Source of the DNA: Eutreptiella sp. 'Long Island Sound 2002'
Lineage: Eukaryota; Protista; Euglenida
Assembly (NCBI GenBank): GCA_964036045.1
Contig: OZ038378.1
Location: forward strand, 3,100,001 to 3,164,000
Direction of reading: 5' to 3'
Length of the DNA: 64,000 bases
Made by a program: the position numbers and the translations under genes. This document shows positions 20,741 through 32,700 of the stretch, piece by piece; the stretch's first letter is position 1, and every line of letters starts with the position of its first letter. Under the pieces are notes generated by a model. It was not told the origin of the DNA. It made no database searches and worked only from the letters and a program-made list of their open reading frames with translations.

Positions 20741-23700
20741 GTATGCGAGTCGGGTGGGATGTCAGGCAGCCGTGTGCCCGCGGGGAACGCACCTGATGCC
20801 TGATGCAGTCATACTCGGTCGATATGGGATCCGCTACCTCTGCTCAATCATGCCGGCAGCACCCTCAGTGATGGCACATGCTTCGACGCATCAACAATGT
20901 TTTTTTTTTGGCAGGCTTTCAGATGGCAAGGCACATCTGTTGGACCATTGGAGCTGCACACCTCAGCGTTGTTGGGGCACGAATGCTTGAAGGCAGTGGG
21001 GTAACCCCCCCCCCCCCTTTGTCCAACGAACAGTTTGTCCAACGAAGACTTGGTGTTCGGCCCGTGTTTGTTTGGTGCCCAAATTGATTAGGTACCGAAT
21101 TTCAGAGCACATGATTTAGGCGAGGCGATTGGGGGAATAAGGAGCTGTTGTGATGTGTCTTGCGATGATGCTTGTAAAAATTGTATCACAGGATGCAAGG
21201 TACCGGTAACCCTCAACAGCAGGACCTCTATGGCCCACCATGACTGATTCTCCACTTGCACCTGGCCGCGCGCACCGGACGCCTTGTCCAAGGAACACTT
21301 GGTGTTCGGACCGTATTATTGGGGGACTTTGTTGTTCGCTGGACACGGAGGTGGGTACACTGCTACGAGAATCTGATCACATTATCACATCCGCCTTGAT
21401 ACCTGATGGGCTCTTGCAACCCCCCCCCCCCCTTCACAACCTCCAGGCAACGGCCGGGTGTGTCCCTCCCCAAGGAAGGACATGGGTGTGGACCGAGGCC
21501 CATGCCACGACCCCTCCCCCCAACACGGGGACCCAGACCCAGGGGAGGGCCGGACACAGGCCAACTGTGGGGTGTGGCTCACCGCAACAGGCCGTATGCA
21601 CAGGGACACACAACCACCGACCCACAGGACACGCTGGGGCGACACCTGCCCGGGCCCCTAAGAGAAAACTCATCCAACAACGCTGGGATGCAGCGGGCCA
21701 GTACCCGGACAAATCAACACAGACCAGCGAGGATCAACCAAACAACGACGCAACACACATCAGAGTATACCGGAGCCAGCAAAAGACAAAGCGCAGCAGT
21801 TCCCTCCCTCCCCGCCCTGCATGGAGGATACACCGTTAACATGCAGCATAGGGGGGAATGCGAGTCACAGAGCGCCTGCATGGCGCACCGATGCGAGTCA
21901 CAGAGTGCCTGCATGGCGCACAGATACGAGTCACAGAGCGTCACAGCGCCTCCATGGCGCACAGATGCGAGTCACAGAGCGCCTGCATGGCGTACGGGTG
22001 CGAGTCACAAAATGCCTGCATGGCACACTGATGCGAGTCACAGAGCACCTTGCATGGCACACAGATGCGGGTCATAGAGCGTCTGCATGGCGCACAGCCG
22101 CGAGTTCCAGAGTGCCTCACCTGCATGGCGCACAGATGCGAGTCACAGAGGGCCTGCATGGCGTTCGGATGCGCGTCTCGGAGTGCCTGCATGGCGCACA
22201 GATATGAGTCACAAAGCGCCTGCATGGCGCACCAATGCGAGTCACAGAGCGCCTGCATGGCGTGCGGATGCGAGTCGCAGGGCGCCTACCACTCAACTCA
22301 AACCACCTACACAGAGGGACACGGGACACCAGTCCGGGGGGCACGGCACTCCGCGATAATGCAACTGCAGACGGAGCTAAGACCTCCAGAGCATGTACAT
22401 TAACCGGAGCGATGCCCGCCCCCTCGACCGTCCAGCTGTCGAAAACCACGGGTTTTCCTGGCGGGAAAACCCGTGCCCGTTTTCACCCCCCACGACCAAA
22501 CGGTGGTACATAGTGGGGAGGGTGGTTCCGAGCCAAGCTCCAGCCCATACCATTGCAACTCCTGCAGACCACCCACCACCCTTCACAGTTGTGTGGTTTT
22601 CTGGTTTGTGGGGACTCACACTTGCAGGGCTGATGTGCATGAGCAGCTCCGTAGAGGACCAGCAGTACGTAGTCAAACACTTCAACACCGAGCCTTACCA
22701 GAAGCTGAAGCGGTGGCACCAGCGCTCAGAGAAGGACCAGGGCCACAGCAACAAGAACAGCTTCTCCATTGATTTCTTCTACCTCAACGTGGAATACGAG
22801 TGCCGCGCCGTTGACTTCCTGCGCCCCGCCTTCAAACAGTTCCCCTTTGCTGAGTACGCCTTCATCCGTCTGCCACACAGCGTCCCTGACCACGCGCTGC
22901 TGTCCAAGTTCCAGTACGTCCCGTTGAAGCAGGTCAACGCAGTGCCCCAACAGCTTTTGCAGTGTGTCTCGAGTGTGTGTGCGTCGAACCGCATTTTGTC
23001 ATATGCTCCAGCTGCTTTGGTGATGTACAGGGCAGTGGGAATTTCGGGAGGGGGGAAATTCGCCGCTAAGAAAAGTGGCGAAATTTCCCCCCCCAGCGAA
23101 ATTTTCGCGCCGTGTGACCAACAACTTCACTGCGAATCCAGATGCACGTGACTACTGTGAATCCAGACATGTGCAGCGGTGTACCAGGTGGAGGGAAGGG
23201 ACGAAGGGGTGTTTGTTTCCATCCAAAGCCCACCAGGACATAACATCAAGCCTCAGGATTCTGGGCGGTGGCGGAATTTTCCTCTTCCGAAATCATCCCC
23301 GTCGGAGTTGTCCCCTGCCAAACCTTCCCCCCCCCTGTAGGGCCTCACGCTGAAGCAGGGCTGCTTCTTGGTCTGCCGCTACACCCTGGACGTCCTCGAC
23401 GTGCGGCGGGCTGAGGCCGACGATGTTCCCAAACTCACGCACCTGCTGACGACGCAGACGGAGCTTTCGAGGGGCCGCTGCGACGACACGGTCGCGCACG
23501 CTGAGCTCTGCTGCTCTGCAGCGGCCCCGGCGGGTGAGTCCGTCGTGAGCCTCCTCCACCAAGGCAACGTGGTTGGCACCCTGCACGTCGGTGAGATGGG
23601 CGACGAGGACACGTTCCAGTTTGTGGCCGAGTTTGCGGTGGACTCGAAGATCGATTTCTTGGCGGCGAACAAGAACAGCGACCGGGAGTACGCGGAGATT

Positions 23701-26700
23701 GGGCTGGAGCCGCGCACTGCACCGGCGGCCCGGACGGAATCACTGCCGGGCCTCCTGGTGAAGTACTTCTACATCAAACCCATTTTCAGGTCCCGCCATG
23801 GCACAGGGGGTGGAGGTGTAGGTGCCCCCCCCCCCCCCCTCCATTGACACATGACCTTCAACAACTCAGAGGTGTGGCAGTCCGCTGACGGCAGTGCGGC
23901 CCCCTCTTCCTCACTCATGTTCTCTGTTGGCCATTCAACCCTCAAAATGGGGGCGTTCCGCGCGCTGTGCACACCTTTTGCATCGCACCGTACCAGACCC
24001 ATACTTCACGGCAGTGGTGCTGTTTGGGACCAGCCCTTCGAGTGGTTTGGCCGTATGGGGGACACGAGACATTTCCATGCTGCACCCCTTTCACCCGTTC
24101 TTGCTCTTTGCAGGTGGGCGTTGTGTCATGATGCTGGGGGGATGGATTTTGGTTGGATTGTGGAACGTGGGGTAGCTCCCCTTCTCCACGGGAGAATGGC
24201 CGAGTTTGGAAGAAGTTGTCAAATGGGGGCTACCAATGAAGGACGGAACAAGCACTTGCTTTTTCGTGGCAACAAGTGAACGCAACTTCCAATTCCATTG
24301 TCCTTCTCCCCCCCCACTTTCCCCCCCATGCTACACCAGGGGTTTTGTGGTCATTTCATCCCAACCCGCTTTGCAGTGATTGTTATGTTTGTGCATGATG
24401 ATGTATATGTATGAGTACACGTATAGTTTAGTTTTGGGAGGGCACTGCTCCATGCAGTGCGCACAACGACCCAACAATAGCCCCCGCATTTCCCCTGGGA
24501 AGCGTGCATTGTGCCCACGCACGGACGGCCCCATGGCTGCCTCTGATGCTTATTGCTACGGCCTGGCTGTGATGCAGTGGGGCCGGTGGAGGGTGGCCAC
24601 CGCATCAAGCCCCGGTGCCTTGCACAGCCGCATCGCTGGACCCTCTGTCCTGCGGCCCCACTGCACACCAGTTCCCCTTCCCTCGTACGTAGGCCCCAGT
24701 GCGGCACAGTCCCCACTGCTCCACAGTCACCTCCTGCCTCACAACCCCAACCCAAATACACACGTCTGCCGCACTTGGGGCACCACGCCATCTGCGCCGC
24801 GCCCTCAGGGTGCCTTGCAAGCGCTCTCAGCGCGCCACGTCATCTACGGTGCGCCCCCACGGCGCCATACGGGTGCCCCTGGGGTGCCTGGTCATCGGTG
24901 GTGCGCCCGCAGGGCGTCGTGCGGGCATTCTCGGGGCGCTAGGTCAACCGCAGGCCACTGATAGCATAGAAATAACAGCAACCATCCAGAGCCCACCAGG
25001 AAACAACAGCAACCATCCAGAGCCCACCCGGAATCCACAATGAACATCCACTAGGAAGCAGCAGCAAGGGGCCTCATACCAAAATTTTCCTTCATTTCTA
25101 AGGAGCAATACCAATTTTTTACCCCCTTAATTTTGGTCATCCGAAAAAAAAACCTCTTAAATTAAAGCCCCCCCCTGTAGGTCAACCGCAGTGTGCCCTC
25201 ACGGCGCCATACGGGCGCTCTCGCGGCGCCGGTTCATCTACGGTGCACCCTCGCCCTCAGGGCGCCTGAGAGTGAGGGTGCATCTGCGGTGCACCCGCAC
25301 CCAGTGCCCGGCGTGTCCCCACGCATCGCAGTGCACATCACCCCCCACGCCAACGCGTCCCTCCGCTGCGGGCCCCGCTGCCTCACCTGCCCCACTGCAC
25401 CGCAGGCCCCACATCCGCATGTTCCTGCGGGAGAGCCTCCGGCTGCTCCGGAAGGAGGTGCTGTACTACAGCGTGGGGCTGCAGGACGAGATCTACCAGA
25501 CGCTCATGGCCGAGCTGACGCTGGCGCTCCCTCGGCGGGAGATGCACGTCCCGGGGCAGCCTGTGGCCGCCGAGGCGGAGCCGCAGGACCTGGTCACCCT
25601 CCATTTCACGTCCCGGCGGCTCTTGAGCGAGTTCAAGACCAAGATCCACAGCCGCATCGTAGTCATTGGAGCGTCGTGCACGGTGTCGTTTGCACGCTCC
25701 ACACTGCCTGAGCATCCGGTTGCATGCGTCGTGCAGTGTAGGGCCTGCGTGTGCCCTGCATTGCACACGAGACCCGCACCCCCTCGTGTGATCTGTGGGA
25801 CGGCCCTGTGTGTCCCTCCTTGCGAGTCTGTCCGGGAGCCTTTGGCGCCCGCTGCTTGGACTTTAGTTTGTGCCCTTGTCGCCATGTTTCCTTCGGGCCA
25901 CATATGTGTCAATGTTGGCCTCCCTCCTTGGTTGGCCGAATATGAAGGAGTTGTCCCACATTGCACACACATTCGCAATGATACGAGCGGCAATTCTCCT
26001 TGAGGTGGGACTTGATTACGCATGCATTGCGTGAGTGAGGGAATGCCGTGCCCCACTCCACTGGCAAATAAACATTTTTTTCTCTCTTCTTATGTTTTGG
26101 TTCTTGGGCTGACAACACAATTAATGCTTCGTGTGATGATATCTTCTGGTGCTCTTGGCTGTGATTTTCATTTAGAACCTTTTTACACATCCTTGACCTC
26201 CCCTTGACATCCCCTCAACAACCCTTTGATAGCGCTTTGCAAACCCTTGACAACCCCATTGCAATTACAACCCCTGTACACCCCTCTACACTTCTCTCCT
26301 GTTGCAATCCTTGACAGCCCTAAACATGATTTGTATTTGCTGTCCCGCGATGACGCCTGCTACATGGGTCTAGTGGGTGGTATGGGCAAGCTGGTCTGAA
26401 CAGATCTTGGTGAGGACCACTAACAGTTCAGTAGTCCGTCCTGCCAAGGAAGTGGTCACTTAGTCCAAAAGTTGTCACATTGAGGACACCAAGTAGGGCC
26501 CATATTTCACACACATAAAGAGCTTCAGACGCTATCGTGGTTGACTCACCAGGTGGGGGGGGGCAGTCGATGAAACCTAGCCAGCCCCCCCCCCCATCCC
26601 CCCCCCCCCCCCACACAAGGGACTAGGCGGCCCTGCCTGGCCGCCACAGTGCCAAGCCTCCCTTACCTTGCCCCAAGAGGCAACATGGCTGGCAATGCTG

Positions 26701-29700
26701 CGCACCACTGGTGTGTGTGACACTTGGTGATCGGGAGCCTTGGCAGTGTGTTGCATTCCTCACCTCAGTGGTGGGGGTGAGCACCCTCCACACTTCACGG
26801 CTTTGGGAACGCCTTCGTGCGCAGCATGCTGCCGCCAAGGGGCTGAAGCAGCGCCTGTAAGCAGAGGCATGATTTCCCCACACTCGCCTACTCAAACTAT
26901 CTTTTCCACAGGTCTGTGGACAAACAGTGCGAATACTTTCCTCCTGAACCCCCCCAGCCCCCCCACCCCACCCCACCACTTGCGGGCAGACCGGATTTGG
27001 CGCCAACCCCCCCTGTGCATTGGGCCAGTGTAGCTGGTCGCGGATTCGGGAGCCATGTTCGTGATACCACGCATTCCCAAGGCATGTTTCCCCTGCCCCA
27101 ACCTCCATGCACCCCCGAACTCCCGCGCGCCATGCATCAGGGGTTGTCCTTCATCTACACCCTCTTGGCCTTGCCTTACATCCACTTCACCAACATCGTC
27201 CTCATTTCTCGGGATGGCGTCCCGGACCACCCCAACGTCAGTGACCACACGTGGTTTGCGGACAGGCTGAGTTTTCTGGAGCGCGAATACATGCTGTTCC
27301 GGCTGCCGTGCAAGATTCGGATCATTGAAGGTTGTCAGCACATCTGCACCCGACCGCGAGACCACACAACCGCATGACGGCGCGGCAATACAACCACTTG
27401 ACCGTTCAACGCATAGCAGCACATCCGTCGCGACTGCACCATTGCACGACTGCAGAGCCACACAGCCACGCGACCAAACGACCACAAAACAACGCAACAA
27501 CCCAACACTCACACAGTTGCGCGACCACAGGAACACGGGCCACACAGCTACACGGCCATGAACCGCGCTGTCACACAACCACACAGTTGGAGGTTTTTTC
27601 TGCTTTGTTTGCCTGGTTGTGTGGTTGTGTGGTTGTGTGGTTGTGTGGTTGTGTGGTTGTGTGGTTGTGTGGTTGTGTGGTTGTGTGGTTGTGGTTGTGT
27701 GGTTGTGTGATTGTGTGGTTGTGTGGTTGGGGTGTGTTTGAGTCGTGCTGTTGCGTGGCTGTGTGGTTGTGTGGTTGTGGCGTGTTTGGATTGTGCTGTT
27801 GCGTGGCTGTGTGGCTGTGTATTTGGATGTATGGCCATGTGTAGTTGTCTGATTGCGTAGTTGTGTGGTCGGGTGTGGTGTGGTTGTGGGGTCCTTTGGC
27901 ATCGCGATTGCGCGTTGTAACATGTGTACCACAGCTGCAAACCCCACCGCCCATGCAGGCCCAAATATACACGTCCCACCTCCACGGCGTTACTATCGGC
28001 TGGTTGACGGTTGCAGGACGCCACCCTGAGGGCTATTACGCTTTGTCTGATCGTGAACGTGACAATGACAACCCGCTTTGGCAGCAAACCGGGCGCCTAC
28101 TGAGGCGCCTACTCAGCACATGCTTAGCCGACCATGTCCATACACTGCCGGATACGCCCGCGCCGGGACACCGCCCCCGCTGCGCTGGGTGCCCGAGCTG
28201 TAGACCGTGTTTCGGGCAGCGACCCCTGTGTGGTTGTGGCGTGTTTGGGTTGTGCTGTTGCATGGCTGTGTGGCTGTGTATTTAGTTGGATGTATGGCCA
28301 TGTGTAGTTGTCTGATTGCGTAGTTGTGTGGTTGGGTGTGGTGTGGTTGTGGGGTCCCGTGGCATTGCGATTGCGTGTTGTGACGTGCGTTGTTGTGCCA
28401 TGCCCTGCACCCGTGTTGGCTGCCATGCGTTGTGTCCGGGGTGACGTCCAGCAACGGAATGTGCACGGAGTGCGTTTCGCACCGCAGGCAATTTAGTGGA
28501 CTTCGAGAGGACTGAGAAGTACGTTGTGACTGACAACGGCTATGTGGAGCCCTACGACCACCTTGTGATCACCGCCGGGCGGCAGTACACTGTGCCCAAA
28601 GAGATCTCTGCCCCGAAGTATGTGGCCCGGAACGGCGTATTCCCGCTCGGCAGCAAACTGATGTTGGAGAAGCTCATACAGCACGTGCGCGAGAGCGAGA
28701 TCTATGAGGACGACCTGTCGCACTGCGTGATCTATGGCAGCAGCTTGGACTCCTTCTGCACAATCACGGCGTTGCTGCAACTTGGGGTGAAGGCCTCGCG
28801 CTTGGCCTTAGTGTCGCCCACGGTGGCCGAGATTGATGCAGAAGGGGGCGCCTTCAGGGACCCTGCGGTGGAGCTGAAGGTCTGCCTTTGCGGTCACCCG
28901 TTTGTGCACCCCAAATGGTCTAGGATGAGTTTTGGAAAAATGCGTTTTTGACCCATTTTTGACCCATTTTTGGTCCCAAAACAGCCCATTTTCAAGGCAT
29001 TTTGGGATTTTCGGAGGACCAAAATGGGCCACCACAAGCTCAAAACGGCCCAAAAACACTTGTTTTAGCGTTGCACATGGTCTAGGATCATTTTTGAGAA
29101 AAGTCATCTTTTTGCCCCTACTGGACCCTAATGACCCATTTGGGCACCCACCTGTTTGGGCTTGAGCTTGCAGCTTGCCGCAGCCTAGTGGGCCTAGGTA
29201 TGGGGGTCTAGGCGTCCGTTTGAGCAATTTTGAGGGGTGGAAACCACAAAAAATGGGGGGTTGTGGGTGGAGTAGGTGCCCTCGGAATCGCATTTTGAGC
29301 CATGTAGCCAAAGATATGGCCTATTCTTGGTTTGTGGCCGTTGGCATTTGGAGCTTCTGGGGGCCTTTTTGGGCCGTTTCCAGGATATATCATGGAGTTA
29401 GAAGGCCGCAAAGAGCTCGTTGACACGGAGAAGTCAAGCCGCACATGGAATGTACCCACCGTTTCCCTTCGTTTGGCCGTTTTGAATGTGTTCCAGGGCT
29501 TTTTTGGCCCAAAAATGGTTGTTTTTGGCCCGAAACTGCAGTTTTTGAAACCGAGGTCCGCCACTTGCGAATCCCGTTCCCGGCCGCCACTGTTGAGTTT
29601 CTTGCTCAAACTTTGTGTGATTGTACTTCACACCCATAGGTATCATGCACCAAAATTTCAACCAAATCCAAAGCACCACGACGGAGTTCTGATTTTTTCC

Positions 29701-29714
29701 CATTTCGCGCGTGC

Positions 29715-29745
<31 letters not shown>

Positions 29746-32700
29746 GCTGCTGCTGCTAAACCTAGTAGGTCCACCCTAGACACTATCAAGACTGAATATT
29801 GGGACCGAGCTGGTGGGGGAGGGAACATCAGCTATGATTGGTGAAGGACATCAAGAATGATTCACACATTGATGGCTCTTGACAAAGTGAAATCAGCTTG
29901 CAAGTGAACCCCATCACCATGAGGCCCACTTTCAAGGCTTTTTGGACTTCTGAGGGGCCAAAATGACGCCAAAATGGGCTCAAAATGGGCTCATTTCACC
30001 CGTTTGTGCACCCCAAATGGTCTTGGATGAGGTTTGGAAAAATGCGTTTTTGACCCATTTTTGACCCATTTTTGGTCCCAAAACAGCCCATTTTCAAGGC
30101 ATTTTGGGCCACCACAAGCTCAAAACGGTCCAAAAACACTTGTTTTAGCGTCGCACATGGTCTAGGATCATTTTTGAGAAAAGTCATCTTTTTGCCCCTA
30201 TTGGACCTTGTTGACCCATTTGGGCACCCACCTGTTTGGGCATGAGCTTGCAGCTTGCCGCAGCCTAGTGGGCCTAGGTATTGGGGTCTAGGCGTCCGTT
30301 TGGGCAATTTTGAGGGGTGGAAACCACAAAACGTTGGGGGTTGCGGGTGGAGTAGGTGCCCTCGGAATCGCATTTTGAGCCATGTAGCCAAAGATATGGC
30401 CTATTCTTGGTTTTTGGCTGTCGGCATTTGGAGCTTCTGGGGGCCTTTTTGGGCCGTTTCCGGGACATATCATGGAGTTAGAGGGCCGCAAAGAGCTCTT
30501 TGACACGGGGAAGTCAAGCCGCACATGCAGTGTAGCCACCGTTTCCCTTCGTTTGGCCGTTTTGAATGTGTTCCAGGGCTTTTTTGGCCCAAAAATGGCT
30601 ACTGCAGTTTTTGAAACTGAGGTCCGCCACTTGCGAATCCCGTTCCCGGCCGCCACCGTTGAGTTTCTCGCTCAAACTTTGTGTGATTGTACTTCACACC
30701 CATAGGTATCATCCACCAAAATTTCACTGAAATCCAAAGCACCACGACGGAGTTCTGATTTTTACCCATTTCGCGCGTGCTGTTGCTTGCTGCTTGCTGC
30801 TGTTGCTTGCTGCTAAACCTGGTAGGTCCACCCTAGACACTAAAAAGGGTTATAAAACCAAGACTGATTCCCCATCATGTACGGCTTGCGCTTCGATGGT
30901 GTAGACGGAGACCAAGGAGCAAAGCATTAACGCGGCACCATCGGTGGAGGACTGTCTTTCGCTTCATCGCGATCCCATCAATTACCTCCAATGTGCCTGT
31001 CCATTTCACCGCAATCAATCAATGCCCGACGTGGCCGGTACCTTTTTGACCGTATTTTGAATTTCGCTTTGTGCCATTCCGCCATATCCCATTAATTTGT
31101 GCCACGTGAGTTGGAAAAAAATTCGCGTGAATTTTTTTTCCTGCCCCCCACGTCGCCCTTAGCTTACTGCATACGTTGTGTTGTTTTGGACCACGTTCAT
31201 CCTAACCTTGAAGCGAGCAACGTAACCCCGTACTCCACTCGGAATGAATGTGCTCCCCAAGCTTCGTGTTGACGTCTGTGCTCGGCTTTCGCTTCACCGC
31301 GATCCCGTTTTTCTTTCTCTTGTTATGAGCAAATCGATGCATATGTACAAAGCATTGTACTTCCTGCCACATACTTGTACCAAAAAATTGATGTCTCTAT
31401 CCGGCTATTGTGTGCCTGTCAAGTGTTGCATGTTCCTTGTTTCACGCATTACGGGGTGCCACGAGGCCCACTTTCAAGGCTTTTTGGACTTCTGAGGGGC
31501 CAAAATGACCCCAAAATGGGCTCAAAATGGGCCTATTTCACCCGTTTGTGCACCCCAAATGGTCTAGGATGAGGTCTGGAAAAATGCGTTTTTGACCCAT
31601 TTTTGACCCAATTTTGGTCTCAAAACAGCCAGTTTCAAGGCATTTTGGGATTTTTGGAGTACCAAAATGGGCCACCACAAGCTCAAAACGGTCCAAAAAC
31701 ACTTGTTTTAGCGTCGCACATGGTCTAGGATCATTTTTGAGAAAAGTCATCTTTTTGCCCCTACTGGACCCTAATGACCCATTTGGGCACCCACCTGTTT
31801 GGGCTTCAGCTTGCAGCTTGCCGCAGCCTAGTGGGCCTAGGCATTGGGGTCTAGGCGTCCCTTTGGGCAATTCTGAGGGGTGGAAACCACAAAAAGTGGG
31901 GGGTTGTGGGTGGAATAGGTGCCCTCGGAATCGCATTTTGAGCCATGTAGCCAAAGATATGGCCTATTCTTGGTTTGTGGCTGTCGGCATCTGGAGCTTC
32001 TGGGGGCCTTTTTAGGCCGTTTCCTGGACAAATCATGGAGTTAGAGGGCGGCAAAGAGCTCGTTGACACGGGGAAGTCAAGCCGCACATGCAGTGTAGCC
32101 ACCGTTTCCCTTCGTTTGGCCGTTTTGAATGTGTTCTAGGGCTTTTTTGGCCCAAAAATGGCTGTTTTTGGCCCTAAAGTGCAGTTTTTGAAACTGAGGT
32201 CCGCCACTTGCGAATCCCGTTCCCGGCCACCACTGTCAAGTTTCCTGCTCAAACTTTGTGTGATTGTACTTCACACCCATAGGTATCATCCACCAAAATT
32301 TCACTCAAATCCAAAGCACCACGACGGAGTTCTGATTTTTTCCCATTTCGCGCGTGCTGCTTGCTGCTTGCTGCTTGCTTGCTGCTTGCTGCTTGCTGCT
32401 TGCTTGCTAAACCTGGTAGGTCCACCCTAGACACTAAAAAGGGTTATAAAACCAAGACTGGTTCCACCAGCTCGGTGAAAAAGGGTTATAAAACCAAGAC
32501 TGGTTCCACCAGCTCGGTGACCCTAACCCTAACCCTAATCAAGACTGAATATTGGGACCGAGCTGGTGGGGGAGGGAACATCAGCTATGACTGGTGAGGG
32601 ACATCAAGGATGATTCACACATTGATGGCTCTTGACAAAGTGAAATCAGCTTGCAAGTGAACCCCATCACCACGAGGCCCACTTTCAAGGCTTTTTGGAC

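Noticed and set aside
32506-32569. Telomerase RNA template hairpin
   Set aside because: It lies in one copy of a multi-copy intronic repeat and is absent from sibling copies; no other telomerase RNA features are evident. Kept only as a telomeric-repeat junction.
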